A stretch of DNA of 64,000 nt from an uncultured Flavobacteriales bacterium (GCA_905182585.1 CAJJCC010000018.1:34857-98856); one strand, 5' to 3'. Counted from the stretch's first letter, positions 39,861 through 50,467 are shown. Notes: generated from the sequence alone by a model not told the origin. Numbers and translations: made by a program.

Positions 39861-40694
39861 TTATTTAATTACTCCAATTTCAGTAAAAATCAAATTTTCG
39901 TCTCTAAATTTAATTAAATAAGAGCCGGGTTGAAAATGATTCATGTCAATTATTCCATTATTGATTTTTTCCTTTAATAAGACTCTTCCAGAAAAATCAA
40001 AAACTGATACTATACCTTTCTTGTTACTAACGTTAAAAATACCACTTGATGGATTAGGATAAATTTCAAAGACTTCCTCCAGATTTGAATTGTTGGTTGA
40101 TGTTATATTAGAACACTTTTCTTGCGGGTAGTAAGATATACTGTCAGAATAAGAGTCGTATCCGTAATCTAATCTACAACCATCAACATATCCGTAATAA
40201 GTATGAACTTCATAATTGTTTTTTACAATGAATGTGTCACTTCGTACTATTCCATCTTTATAAACAACAGAATCTACTGGATTTTCCCATTCAAGTAAAA
40301 TGGTGTCACCACAATTAAAAGAGTTAGACCATACACTTGGAGATGTACTTGAATAGTAACTCAATCTGTTTTTAAATTGAATTATAGCTGTGTCAAGGTA
40401 TTCTATATTATTTATCTCTAATTTATAAACAAGAGGATGAAACTCTGTCCTTGTGTTATTGATAACATTTAGGGGGAATATGCTATCGTTTTTAATTATT
40501 GCTTTCCATCCGAATAGGTTAATGTCTTTCCAAGATCCACCTGGCATATCGGGTTTTAATACAAATCCATCATAATAGTATGTTTGTTGTGGACAAGGAA
40601 TGACAATTGTGTCACTACCAATTAATTCTAATTGAGCTTGTCCAAGAAACGACATTCCAATTAAAATTAGGAAGAGGTTGAATTTTGTGTTCAT
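39861..40694 (-). CDS. Secreted protein with C-terminal T9SS sorting domain (type A CTD)
   Basis: Signal peptide; C-terminal FEIYPNPSSGIFNV...GRVLL...GSYLIKF pattern typical of Por secretion-system CTD; four Cys in the passenger region. Confidence 0.78.
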   Translation of the reverse strand: MNTKFNLFLILIGMSFLGQAQLELIGSDTIVIPCPQQTYYYDGFVLKPDMPGGSWKDINLFGWKAIIKNDSIFPLNVINNTRTEFHPLVYKLEINNIEYLDTAIIQFKNRLSYYSSTSPSVWSNSFNCGDTILLEWENPVDSVVYKDGIVRSDTFIVKNNYEVHTYYGYVDGCRLDYGYDSYSDSISYYPQEKCSNITSTNNSNLEEVFEIYPNPSSGIFNVSNKKGIVSVFDFSGRVLLKEKINNGIIDMNHFQPGSYLIKFRDENLIFTEIGVIK

Positions 40695-40712
40695 GTATTA
40701 TTTTTTAAATAA

Positions 40713-40741
40713 AAAAAACAGCTAAATTCTAGCTGCTTTTA
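40713..40741. terminator. Hairpin terminator (aaaacagcta-N-tagctgctttt) between the hydrolase and T9SS cargo genes
   Basis: Stem-loop with A-run/T-run flanks. Confidence 0.5.
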
Positions 40742-40747
40742 AAATTT

Positions 40748-41509
40748 TCACCCTCTAATTCTATCTAACCAAGGACTTAACAATTCGTTAAATTCTTTTG
40801 GGTGTTCCATCATAGGCGCATGTCCACATTTATCGATCCAGAATAATTCAGAGTCTGGTAATAATTTATGGAATTCTTCAGCAACTTCTGGAGGTGTAAC
40901 TATATCTTGTTTTCCCCAAATTAAACAAACCGGTATTTTAAATTTTGGAAGTTCACTCGCCATGTTGTGACGGATAGCAGATTTCGCTAATTTTAAAATT
41001 CTAACCAATTTATTTCTGTCACCAATCGTATCAGCAACTTCATCAATTAATTCATCAGTTGCCAATTCAGGATCGTAAAAAGTCTTTGCAGTTTTTTCAC
41101 GGATATATTCCTTATCTCCTTTTCTTGGGTATTGATTTCCAAAAGCATTTTCATATAAGCCAGATGAACCAGTTAATACGATTGAATGAATTTTATCAGG
41201 CCAATTTGAATAGTAAACTAAAGAAACATGTCCTCCTAAAGAATTTCCTAAAAGTGTAACGTTATCGTAACCCATTGTGTCAACGAATTCATTTACGTAT
41301 TTAGCCAACGATTTAACACCTGTTAAAAGCACAGGCATTTCGTATAAAGGTAGCATTGGTATAACTACTTTATATTTCCCTTTAAAATGATCGAATAAAT
41401 CTTGAAAATTAGAAAGAGCACCGAAAAGACCATGTAATATTACAATTACTTCTCCTTCTCCTTCTTCTAAATATTTAAACTTTCCTTGTTCTTTTATAAC
41501 GTGACTCAT
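40748..41509 (-). CDS. Alpha/beta-fold hydrolase
   Basis: HGLFG oxyanion region, GNSLGG nucleophile elbow; start moved to the internal ATG (MSHVIKEQ...) at 41509. Confidence 0.78.
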   Translation of the reverse strand: MSHVIKEQGKFKYLEEGEGEVIVILHGLFGALSNFQDLFDHFKGKYKVVIPMLPLYEMPVLLTGVKSLAKYVNEFVDTMGYDNVTLLGNSLGGHVSLVYYSNWPDKIHSIVLTGSSGLYENAFGNQYPRKGDKEYIREKTAKTFYDPELATDELIDEVADTIGDRNKLVRILKLAKSAIRHNMASELPKFKIPVCLIWGKQDIVTPPEVAEEFHKLLPDSELFWIDKCGHAPMMEHPKEFNELLSPWLDRIRG

Positions 41510-41739
41510 AATTCTGATGTGAAAACCAAATGTAAATATAGTAAAAACGCAATTGAGGTTCAAGGTTGATGATGAAAATATGAGCTTAGTTTCAAAATGA
41601 GCATTTATTTGGTCGTTAAACACAGAAAAAAGGAAGGCTTTCTCTTTAATATCAAACAGCTTCCTAATTGTATTTCTTAAATATGTTTCACCTCTAAACC
41701 CATTTGTTTAATTGTTAGTTACTATAGGTGAAAATTATT

Positions 41740-41754
41740 CCCACCATTTCCCAC
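41740..41754 (-). promoter_or_regulatory. Distal MraZ-box pair (GTGGG-N5-GGTGGG on minus strand, 10-bp phased)
   Basis: cccaccatttcccac on the plus strand = GTGGGAAATGGTGGG on the minus strand. Confidence 0.4.
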
Positions 41755-41849
41755 TTTTCTATAATCAGCCTATTAAGCTTTGTTTGTAAGGGATTTTATT
41801 GTTTGTTAAAATCTTATTAACTTCACTCTGTTCTAAAGTTATTAACAAA

Positions 41850-41879
41850 GTGGTAAAAGGTGGTAAGAAGTGGGGGAAA
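41850..41879 (+). promoter_or_regulatory. MraZ operator: three direct repeats GTGGTAAAAG / GTGGTAAGAA / GTGGGGGAAA at exact 10-bp spacing, 30 bp upstream of mraZ
   Basis: Direct GTGG(G/T) repeats with 10-bp periodicity are the known MraZ binding architecture upstream of dcw clusters. Confidence 0.6.
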
Positions 41880-41909
41880 TCTCTTATTTTTACGCTCGAA
41901 TAAAAGACA

Positions 41910-42371
41910 ATGACGAATTTAATTGGAGAATATGAATGCAAAGTAGACGCGAAGGGCCGCCTTTTGGTGCCGTCGGGACTGCGTAAGCAATTCTCCGCAG
42001 CTGCCGAAGGGAAGTTGTTTGTTAAGCGAGGTATTGAAAATTGTTTGGAGTTGTATCAAAAACACGATTGGGAAGCAGTATCTGAAAAGGTTTCCAGTTT
42101 AAACCAGTTTGTTAAGAAGAACAGGGTTTTCGCCCGTAAGTTCATCAGTGGTGCAACACAACTAGAGTTAGACAGCGTTGGAAGGATTAATCTTCCTAAA
42201 AATCTATTGGAGTATGCCGGAGTTCAAAAGGAATTAATCCTTTTTGCATATGGAAACAAAATAGAGATTTGGGATAAGAAGTCTTACGATGCTGAGTTGG
42301 AAATGACCGATGATGATTTTGCTGGATTAGCAGAGGATGTTATGGGTGATGTAAACCTTGGAGAAGAATAA
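41910..42371 (+). CDS. mraZ: Division/cell wall cluster transcriptional regulator MraZ
   Basis: Tandem MraZ/SpoVT-AbrB-like domains, 153 aa, first gene of dcw cluster. Confidence 0.93.
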   Translation: MTNLIGEYECKVDAKGRLLVPSGLRKQFSAAAEGKLFVKRGIENCLELYQKHDWEAVSEKVSSLNQFVKKNRVFARKFISGATQLELDSVGRINLPKNLLEYAGVQKELILFAYGNKIEIWDKKSYDAELEMTDDDFAGLAEDVMGDVNLGEE

Positions 42372-42373
42372 GA

Positions 42374-43270
42374 ATGCAATACCATGTATCTGTTTTATTA
42401 AAAGAAAGTGTTGACGCACTAAATGTTACCGATGGTGGCGTTTATGTTGATGTTACTTACGGAGGCGGAGGTCATTCTAAAGAGATTCTTAGTAGGAGTG
42501 AAAATTGTGCACTTTATGCTTTTGATCAAGATGAAGATGCATTAGAGAACGAATTAGAGGATGATCGTTTAACGTTAATTCACTCTAATTTTTCAGATTT
42601 AGAAAACTCATTAAAGTTATATCGTGTTAGGGAAGTAGATGGGATTCTAGCAGACTTAGGTGTGTCCTCTCATCAGTTTGATGCAGAAGAAAGAGGTTTC
42701 TCAATTCGTTTTGATGGCCCGTTGGACATGAGAATGGGGAAAGGAGTCAAAAAAACCGCAGCAGATATTATTACAGAATATAGTTGGGAAGAATTAGCCG
42801 CAATGTTTAGATCTTATTCTGATTTAAAAGGAGCTGGGAGAATTGCCCGAAGAATTAAAGAAGCAAACGATGAAGCTCCATTAAAAACGACAGCTAGTTT
42901 GGTTACTGTTCTACGAAAAATGGCACCTCCTAATAAACACAACAAGTTTTTAGCGCAAGCATTCCAAGCCTTACGAATTGAGGTTAATAATGAAATGCAG
43001 GTTTTAAAAGATATGCTTAACCAGTGCATTACAATGTTAAAGCCAGGAGGGAAATTGGTTGTTATTGCATATCATTCAATCGAAGATCGCTTGGTGAAGA
43101 ATTTTATGCGTTCAGGGAATTTCGAAGGAAAAGAAGAAAAGGATTTATTTGGTAATCCATTATCTCCTTTAAAAGTAATCACAAGAAAACCACTTGTCCC
43201 ATCTGAAGAAGAAGTTGAAATTAATAACAGAGCAAGAAGTGCTAAGCTGAGAATTGCAGCTAAAGTTTAA
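42374..43270 (+). CDS. rsmH: 16S rRNA (cytosine1402-N4)-methyltransferase
   Basis: RsmH/MraW family features, 298 aa, position after mraZ. Confidence 0.93.
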   Translation: MQYHVSVLLKESVDALNVTDGGVYVDVTYGGGGHSKEILSRSENCALYAFDQDEDALENELEDDRLTLIHSNFSDLENSLKLYRVREVDGILADLGVSSHQFDAEERGFSIRFDGPLDMRMGKGVKKTAADIITEYSWEELAAMFRSYSDLKGAGRIARRIKEANDEAPLKTTASLVTVLRKMAPPNKHNKFLAQAFQALRIEVNNEMQVLKDMLNQCITMLKPGGKLVVIAYHSIEDRLVKNFMRSGNFEGKEEKDLFGNPLSPLKVITRKPLVPSEEEVEINNRARSAKLRIAAKV

Positions 43271-43276
43271 ATAAGA

Positions 43277-43597
43277 TTGAAAGATAAATTAAAAATAAAA
43301 AAGTGGTTTGGATTAAATGAAAAGTTGTTTTTCAAAAATCTTCCATTTGTGCTTTTTTTAACGGGGATGGGATTCCTTTATATCACGAACTCTTATTATT
43401 TGGAAGAGACTGTTAGGGAGATGGAAGGTGTGAAAAATGAGATTAATGATCAGAACAATGAATTCGTTATTACGAAAACCCAAGTTAGTTTAAAAGGTCA
43501 ACGAAACGAAGTTGTTAAGAGAGTTGAGAAGTTAGGTTTAAAAGAAAGTAAAAAACCTCCTTTTCAGTTAAAAGAGAATATTAATAAAAGTAAATAA
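43277..43597 (+). CDS. ftsL: Cell division protein FtsL-like (small bitopic protein)
   Basis: About 100 aa, single TM then coiled-coil-like segment, dcw position between rsmH and ftsI; TTG start predicted. Confidence 0.6.
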   Translation: MKDKLKIKKWFGLNEKLFFKNLPFVLFLTGMGFLYITNSYYLEETVREMEGVKNEINDQNNEFVITKTQVSLKGQRNEVVKRVEKLGLKESKKPPFQLKENINKSK

Positions 43598-43609
43598 GGG
43601 TATTAGTTA

Positions 43610-45697
43610 GTGGAATCAAATTCGAACATATTAAAAAGAGTATACCTATTCTTTTTTGTTCTTGTAGCATTTAGTCTTTTGATTATTGGTGCAGCAATCA
43701 ACATCCAATTCTTTAAAGGAGATGAGGTTATTGCGGCTGTTAAAACCACGTCAGTTAAAAACAGAACATTCCCTGCGAAGAGAGGTGACTTATATGCTAA
43801 AGATGGTAGTTTATTGGCTACATCATTAACCTATTATAATGTTGGTTTAGATTTGACTTCTTCTGCGATTAATGAAGATACTTTAAACAGACATATTTCT
43901 GATTTAGCAGATTCTCTTGCCGTTCTTATTGGAAGAAGAACAAGTAAAGAATATTATAGAGGAATTACTCAAGCGTTTAAGGATAAGGTAAGATGGTATC
44001 AATTAAGTAGAGCATTAAATTATCCAGATTTTCAACGATTAAAGACGTTGCCTTTTATCAATCAAGGACGATTGAAGTCTGGATTAGCATATAGTAAGTT
44101 TACGCAAAGAAAAAAGCCTTTTGGAGTTTTAGCAGCGCGTACAATTGGAAGTAGAGCGCCATTTGGATTAGAAGGTGCTTATGATTCCTATTTAAGCGGT
44201 ACGAATGGGACTCAGTTACAGAAAAGAAAACCAGGCGTTTGGATTCCTGTAAACAACGATAATACTAAGGACCCGATTGATGGTGCTGATGTTTATTCAA
44301 CAATCGATATTAATATTCAAGAAGTTGCTGAAAATGCGTTGAAAGATCAATTATTCTTCAATAAAGCTGATCATGGTTGTGCTGTCGTTATGGAAGTTGC
44401 AACTGGTAAAATCAGAGCAATAGCAAATTTATCAATTGATACAGCAACCGGAGAGTTTTTTGAGTCTAGAAATTACGCTGTCGCTGATTCTGAGGAACCA
44501 GGGTCTACAATTAAACTAGCGAGTTTTATGGCTGTTCTTGAAAAAGAGCAAATTGATTTGGATAAAAAGAATATTTCAATAGGTCATGGTATTTATAAAA
44601 TTTATGATCGAAAGGTGAGAGATTCTCATTATTACCCTAAAAATACAACATTGTCTGTCCGTGAGATTTTCGAAAAGTCATCTAATGTTGGAACAGTAAA
44701 ATTAGTTGAAGAATATTATAAACAAAATCCAGGTGAGTTTATTGAACGATTATACAGTTTTGGACTACAGGATAAACTAAACGTTGATATAATAGGCGAG
44801 AATGCTCCGAAGATAAAATCTCCTTCTGATAAAGATTGGTATGGTACAACGCTTGCTTGGACGTGTCATGGCTATGAAACACAGTTTACACCGCTTCAAA
44901 TGCTAGCGTATTATAATGCAGTAGCAAATGACGGTCAGTTAGTTAAACCAATTTTCATAGAGAAAATCATTAACGCAAATAAAGAGGTAACAGAATTTCA
45001 ACCTCAAATTATTAAGTCTTCAATTTGTTCAGAAGCAACAGTTAAAAAATTACAAGAACTATTAAAAGGAGTAGTTATCAGAGGGACAGCAAAAAAACCT
45101 TTTAGAGGTTCGCTTTACGAAGTTGCAGGAAAGACAGGGACTGCAAAAATAAATTACGCTAAAAACGGGAAAAGTAAAGTGGAATATAGAAGTTCTTTCG
45201 CCGGTTATTTCCCTGCGGATAACCCTAGATATACATGTATTGTGGTAATTACAAATCCGCGTCAAAATGGATTTTACGGAGGAAGTACTGCTGCGCCTGT
45301 TTTTAGAAAGATTTCAGATAGAGTATATGCTTTAGATAAGGAATTAAGAACAGAGCTTTTAGCTAAAAACGTGAAGGTTAATATTGATTTAAAAAACGGA
45401 CTAGAAAACGAATATCTAATTATTGCTAAGGAATTGTCTATCGAAACCGATTCGAGAGGTGGACAAGAGTATGTTAAAGCTCAAGTGAAATCAAATAAAT
45501 TAAAAATAAAAAAAATTAAAATAACTACTGATAAGGTTCCAAATGTAAAAGGCTTAACAGTTAAGGATGCATTGTATTTATTGGAACAAAAAGGTTTAAC
45601 AGTGAAAGTAGTGGGGAAAGGAAAAGTTAGAAAGCAAAGTCTAGCGCCAGGATCTAAGATAATTATAGGAAAACAAATCGAAATAATACTTGGGTAA
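43610..45697 (+). CDS. ftsI: Peptidoglycan D,D-transpeptidase FtsI (class B PBP)
   Basis: N-terminal TM, dimerisation domain, transpeptidase motifs STIK, SSN (KSSNVG), KTGT; C-terminal PASTA-like domain. Confidence 0.9.
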   Translation: MESNSNILKRVYLFFFVLVAFSLLIIGAAINIQFFKGDEVIAAVKTTSVKNRTFPAKRGDLYAKDGSLLATSLTYYNVGLDLTSSAINEDTLNRHISDLADSLAVLIGRRTSKEYYRGITQAFKDKVRWYQLSRALNYPDFQRLKTLPFINQGRLKSGLAYSKFTQRKKPFGVLAARTIGSRAPFGLEGAYDSYLSGTNGTQLQKRKPGVWIPVNNDNTKDPIDGADVYSTIDINIQEVAENALKDQLFFNKADHGCAVVMEVATGKIRAIANLSIDTATGEFFESRNYAVADSEEPGSTIKLASFMAVLEKEQIDLDKKNISIGHGIYKIYDRKVRDSHYYPKNTTLSVREIFEKSSNVGTVKLVEEYYKQNPGEFIERLYSFGLQDKLNVDIIGENAPKIKSPSDKDWYGTTLAWTCHGYETQFTPLQMLAYYNAVANDGQLVKPIFIEKIINANKEVTEFQPQIIKSSICSEATVKKLQELLKGVVIRGTAKKPFRGSLYEVAGKTGTAKINYAKNGKSKVEYRSSFAGYFPADNPRYTCIVVITNPRQNGFYGGSTAAPVFRKISDRVYALDKELRTELLAKNVKVNIDLKNGLENEYLIIAKELSIETDSRGGQEYVKAQVKSNKLKIKKIKITTDKVPNVKGLTVKDALYLLEQKGLTVKVVGKGKVRKQSLAPGSKIIIGKQIEIILG

Positions 45698-47160
45698 TGA
45701 AATTACTATCTGAATTATTATATAAAACAGGAATTGAGGAAGTTAAGGGGAATATCAACTTAGCGATTACCTCTATTTGTTTTGATTCTCGCAAAGTCAT
45801 TCGTGATAGCTTATTTATAGCTACACGAGGAACAACTGTTGACGGGCATACTTTTATTGATAAAACAATTGAAGAAGGTGCGGTTGCTATTATTTGTGAG
45901 GAATTTCCAGATGAAATTTTGGAACGCATGACTTATGTGAAAGTAACCAGTTCATCAAAAGCTTTGGGTATAATTGCAGCAAATTTTTACGATAATCCTT
46001 CAGAAAACCTAAAACTTATAGGAATAACGGGTACTAATGGTAAAACAACTACAGCTACTTTATTATACTTATTATTTAGAGGTTTAGGAAAAAAAGTAGG
46101 TTTATTATCAACTGTTAAAAATAGAATTTTAGGAGAAACTATTCCATCTACACATACAACACCAGATGCTATAGCAATAAACGAATTGTTGGCAGAAATG
46201 GTGGCGAAAGGTTGTAATTATTGCTTCATGGAAGTGAGTTCTCATGCAATTCATCAAAACCGAATTGCAGGCTTAGCTTTCGATTTAGCTTTATTTACAA
46301 ATATTACACATGATCATTTAGATTATCACAATACGTTTGATGAATACATTAAAGCGAAAAAGAAATTTTTCGATGATCTTCCTTCATTTACAAAAGCGAT
46401 TACCAACGCAGATGAGCGTCACGGAAATACCATGGTTTTAAATACGAAAGCTGAGGTGAAAAAGTACGGATTAAAAGCAATGGCTGATTATAAATGTAGA
46501 TTAGTAGAGAATTCTTTTGAAGGATTACAATTAAGTATTGATGGTCAGGATGTTTGGACTAGGCTAGTAGGTTCATTCAATGCATATAATTTATTGTCAG
46601 TTTACGCTACAGCTGTTGAATTAGGAGAAGATAAAATTGAGGTTTTAACCTCTTTAAGTAGCTTGCCTGCAGTTGAAGGAAGATTCCAGCATTTCAAATC
46701 AAAAGTTGGAATCGTTGCAATTATTGACTACGCACATACTCCAGATGCCTTAAAAAAGGTTTTAAATACCATTAAAGATATACGATCAGGAAACGAAGAG
46801 TTGATAACAGTTGTTGGTTGTGGTGGAGATAGAGATACCGCAAAACGACCATTAATGGCTAGAATAGCAGCAAATTTAAGTGATCGTGTAATTGTTACCT
46901 CCGATAATCCAAGATCAGAAAATCCAGAAGCGATTATTAATGAAATGAAAATGGGATTAGATCCTGTTGAATTAGGGAAGATGTTAGCAATTACCGACAG
47001 AGGAGAAGCTATAAAAACGGCTTGCGTTTTAGCTAAACCTGGTGATATTATAATAGTTGCAGGAAAAGGACATGAAAAGTATCAAGAAATTAGTGGTGTA
47101 AAACATCCTTTTGATGATTTAGAGATGTTAGAAGATTCATTCAAAATACTTGAGAAATAA
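45697..47160 (+). CDS. murE: UDP-N-acetylmuramoyl-L-alanyl-D-glutamate--2,6-diaminopimelate ligase
   Basis: [12 protein letters not shown]-loop, Mur ligase three-domain layout, DNPR motif (meso-DAP-type MurE). Confidence 0.93.
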   Translation: MKLLSELLYKTGIEEVKGNINLAITSICFDSRKVIRDSLFIATRGTTVDGHTFIDKTIEEGAVAIICEEFPDEILERMTYVKVTSSSKALGIIAANFYDNPSENLKLIGITGTNGKTTTATLLYLLFRGLGKKVGLLSTVKNRILGETIPSTHTTPDAIAINELLAEMVAKGCNYCFMEVSSHAIHQNRIAGLAFDLALFTNITHDHLDYHNTFDEYIKAKKKFFDDLPSFTKAITNADERHGNTMVLNTKAEVKKYGLKAMADYKCRLVENSFEGLQLSIDGQDVWTRLVGSFNAYNLLSVYATAVELGEDKIEVLTSLSSLPAVEGRFQHFKSKVGIVAIIDYAHTPDALKKVLNTIKDIRSGNEELITVVGCGGDRDTAKRPLMARIAANLSDRVIVTSDNPRSENPEAIINEMKMGLDPVELGKMLAITDRGEAIKTACVLAKPGDIIIVAGKGHEKYQEISGVKHPFDDLEMLEDSFKILEK

Positions 47161-48386
47161 TGTTGTATTACTTATTTAACTATTTAAACGAATTAAATTT
47201 CCCTGGTGCGGGAGCTTTCCAGTTTATTACAACTAGAGCAGCTTTTGCGTTTATTGTATCGTTGATTATATCAATGATTTTAGGGAAACGAATTATTAAA
47301 ATGTTGCACCGGTTACAAGTTGGTGAAACAGTTCGTGATCTTGGTTTAGATGGTCAGTTAGAAAAATCAGGAACACCTACAATGGGTGGTTTATTAATCT
47401 TAGCAGCTATTTTAATTCCAACTTTATTGTTTGCCAAATTGGATAACATTTATATTATAATGTTATTATTATCAACAGTTTGGTTAGGTCTTATTGGATT
47501 TGTAGACGATTATATTAAAGTATTTAAAAAGAACAAAGAAGGACTAGCTGGGAAGTCTAAAATTGTTGGTCAGGTTGGAATAGGCATTATCGTAGGGGCA
47601 ACTCTTTTCCTAAGTAATGATGTTAAAATATCGGAAGAAGTAAACACCACTTTTGTAAAAACAGAAAACGGGAATTTTGTAAAAGAAACCGAATGGAAGG
47701 AAAGTAAAACATTAACGACGACTATTCCTTTCTTTAAAAATAATGAGCTCAACTACGGCGATGCAGTGGAGTGGTTTGGATTAGATGCAGCAAAATGGGG
47801 TTGGTTAGTTTTTATTCCTGTAGTAATAATCATTATCGCAGCAGTTTCAAATGGAGCCAATTTAACCGATGGGATTGATGGATTAGCTACCGGAACTTCG
47901 GCTATAATTGGAGTTACTCTAGGAATCTTAGCTTATGTTTCTGGAAATGCATTTTTTGCCGATTACTTAAACATCATGTACATACCTGAATCCGGTGAAT
48001 TGGTAATATTCATGGGGGCGTTTGTAGGTGCTTGTATTGGTTTTTTATGGTACAATGCTTACCCAGCTCAGGTTTTCATGGGAGACACAGGAAGTTTAGC
48101 ATTAGGAGGTATTATTGCCACGTTTGCTATAGCTATCCGAAAAGAATTAATGATTCCTATCATCTGTGGAATCTTTTTAGTCGAAAATTTAAGTGTTATT
48201 ATTCAAGTAGGATATTTCAAATACACCAAAAGGAAACTAGGTGAAGGAAAACGAATTTTTAAAATGGCGCCTCTACACCATCACTATCAAAAGAGTGGAT
48301 ATGCAGAAGCTAAGATTGTAAGTAGATTCTGGATTATCGGAATCTTGTTGGCCATTTTTGCAATTGCAACTTTAAAATTGAGATAG
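47160..48386 (+). CDS. mraY: Phospho-N-acetylmuramoyl-pentapeptide transferase
   Basis: Polytopic; [10 protein letters not shown] and [11 protein letters not shown] motifs. Confidence 0.95.
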   Translation: MLYYLFNYLNELNFPGAGAFQFITTRAAFAFIVSLIISMILGKRIIKMLHRLQVGETVRDLGLDGQLEKSGTPTMGGLLILAAILIPTLLFAKLDNIYIIMLLLSTVWLGLIGFVDDYIKVFKKNKEGLAGKSKIVGQVGIGIIVGATLFLSNDVKISEEVNTTFVKTENGNFVKETEWKESKTLTTTIPFFKNNELNYGDAVEWFGLDAAKWGWLVFIPVVIIIIAAVSNGANLTDGIDGLATGTSAIIGVTLGILAYVSGNAFFADYLNIMYIPESGELVIFMGAFVGACIGFLWYNAYPAQVFMGDTGSLALGGIIATFAIAIRKELMIPIICGIFLVENLSVIIQVGYFKYTKRKLGEGKRIFKMAPLHHHYQKSGYAEAKIVSRFWIIGILLAIFAIATLKLR

Positions 48387-48392
48387 TACTAA

Positions 48393-49748
48393 ATGACTGG
48401 CTTAAAGCAATATAAAAGGTTAGTGGTGCTTGGTTCGGGTGAAAGTGGCGTTGGTGCTGCTGTACTTGGAAAAGTAAAAGATTATGATGTGTTTGTTTCT
48501 GATTTTGGAACAATTGCACAAAAATATAAAGACGTTCTTTTAAAAGAAAATATCCTCTTCGAGGAAACAAAACATACCAAAGAGCAAATACTAAATGCTG
48601 ATGTTGTTGTTAAAAGTCCCGGTATTCCAGACTCTACTCTTTTAGTAGTTGAGTTAAAGGAAAAAGGGATTACTGTTATTTCTGAAATCGAATTTGCAAG
48701 CTGGTTTACAAAGGCAAAGCTTATTGGAATTACAGGAAGCAATGGAAAAACAACTACAACTTCACTTCTTTACCACATTTTAAAAAATGCAGGATTGAAC
48801 GTTGGAGTTGGAGGTAACATTGGCGACAGTTTCGCGCTTCAGGTGGCAAAATGTGACTACGATTATTATGTTTTGGAGCTTAGTAGTTTTCAATTAGATG
48901 GTATTGAAAGTTTAAAATTAGATGTAAGTATTTTGTTGAATATCACTCCAGATCATTTGGACAGATATGAATACAGTTTAGATAAATACATCGATTCTAA
49001 ATTTCAAATCATTAAAAACATCGACGAAAATACTGTATTTATCTACAGTAATGATGATGAAAACATTGTTAATAGACTCCCTCGTGTAACCTTACCGAGT
49101 AGTTCTTACTCATTCTCAATCAATGAGTTAGGTAGTGAGTTTGCTAGGGTAAAAGATAGTGAGATATTAATAGATATTAACAATCCTTTGCGGATATCTG
49201 TTGATAGCACATCCTTAAAAGGGAAGCATAATTCGTATAATATTATGGCATCTGTTACCGCTGCAAGTGTTTTAGGTATACAGGAAAGTCAAATCTTAAC
49301 TGCTGTGGAGACTTTTCAACCTATTGAACACAGAATGGAACGGGTAGTTGTTCTTAACGACGTTGAATATATCAATGATTCTAAAGCTACTAATGTTGAT
49401 AGTACGTTTTATGCATTGGATAGTATTGAAGACAATGTTATTTGGATTGCTGGTGGTGTTGATAAGGGGAATGATTATTCCCAACTTATCCCCTTAGTAA
49501 TTTCTAAAGTGCATGGTATGATTTGCTTAGGCAAGGATAACCAAAAGTTGCATGCAACTTTTGGAGGATTTGTTAAACGAATTGAAAACGCAAAAAACGC
49601 TGATGAGGCGGTGAAAAAAGCTTCTGCGATGGCAGGTAAAGGCTTTACAGTACTACTGTCTCCAGCATGTGCGAGTTTTGATTTGTTTAAAAACTATGAA
49701 GATAGAGGACTAAAATTTAAACAAGCGATAACCAAACTGACAAAGTAA
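48393..49748 (+). CDS. murD: UDP-N-acetylmuramoylalanine--D-glutamate ligase
   Basis: GITGSNGKTTT, complete three-domain MurD (451 aa). Confidence 0.93.
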   Translation: MTGLKQYKRLVVLGSGESGVGAAVLGKVKDYDVFVSDFGTIAQKYKDVLLKENILFEETKHTKEQILNADVVVKSPGIPDSTLLVVELKEKGITVISEIEFASWFTKAKLIGITGSNGKTTTTSLLYHILKNAGLNVGVGGNIGDSFALQVAKCDYDYYVLELSSFQLDGIESLKLDVSILLNITPDHLDRYEYSLDKYIDSKFQIIKNIDENTVFIYSNDDENIVNRLPRVTLPSSSYSFSINELGSEFARVKDSEILIDINNPLRISVDSTSLKGKHNSYNIMASVTAASVLGIQESQILTAVETFQPIEHRMERVVVLNDVEYINDSKATNVDSTFYALDSIEDNVIWIAGGVDKGNDYSQLIPLVISKVHGMICLGKDNQKLHATFGGFVKRIENAKNADEAVKKASAMAGKGFTVLLSPACASFDLFKNYEDRGLKFKQAITKLTK

Positions 49749-49761
49749 ATCTATAATAGCC

Positions 49762-50310
49762 ATGACAAAGGGAAATTTTGAGTTTCAAGACAAGTTGACC
49801 ATCGGTGACACGATGGCTGAGAATTTAAAGAAAAACATTGGTAACTTACGAAAGGAGAGCCTAAGAGAGAAGTTTAGCGACTTCGAAAATGTTGAACACA
49901 GGTTAGAGTTTGTAGCAAATGTACACGGTATTGAGTACATCAATGACTCAAAAGCGACTAACGTGAATTCAACATGGTATGCCTTAGAAAGGATGCAACG
50001 TGAAACGATATGGATTGTTGGTGGTGTTGACAAAACTGTTGATTACTCTTCTTTGCAAGAATTAGCAAAACAAAAAGTAAGAGCAATTGTTTATATTGGG
50101 ACAAACAAATCTAAAATATTCGAAAACTTTTTAGAAAAAGTTGATATGATTGTTGACGCTGGATCAATGGAAGAAGCTGTTCAAATGGCTTATTATATTG
50201 CTCAGAAAGGTGAAACAGTTTTATTATCTCCTGCTTCTGCAAGTTTTAATATGTTTGAAAATTTAGAAGAAAGAGGTAACACTTTCAAAGGAGCTGTTAG
50301 AAGCTTATAA
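49762..50310 (+). CDS. Standalone Mur-ligase C-terminal domain protein; diverged paralog of the MurD C-terminal domain
   Basis: Residues about 45-182 align colinearly with MurD residues about 310-447 of the upstream gene (IEYINDSKATNV, IW/IVGGVDK, ETVLLSPASASF vs FTVLLSPACASF); about 50% identity; unrelated 45-aa N-terminus. Confidence 0.7.
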   Translation: MTKGNFEFQDKLTIGDTMAENLKKNIGNLRKESLREKFSDFENVEHRLEFVANVHGIEYINDSKATNVNSTWYALERMQRETIWIVGGVDKTVDYSSLQELAKQKVRAIVYIGTNKSKIFENFLEKVDMIVDAGSMEEAVQMAYYIAQKGETVLLSPASASFNMFENLEERGNTFKGAVRSL

Positions 50311-50467
50311 TAATCTAAAATTGTTAATAATGGACGGACAAAAGCCTGATAATAGTACCGAAGTTAGACACTTGGCTTCTATTATTTTATCTAGTATCGT
50401 ATTGTTTTTTATTTTTAGTGCGGTGTGGGTGGTTAAGAAAATTAAGGAAGGATCATTGTAAAAAACA

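Noticed and set aside
40748-41623. Longer 291-aa version of the alpha/beta hydrolase
   Set aside because: The N-terminal 38 residues (MFNDQINAHFETKLIFSSS...) are low-complexity and precede a good internal Met directly before the conserved hydrolase core. The shorter start at 41509 was chosen.
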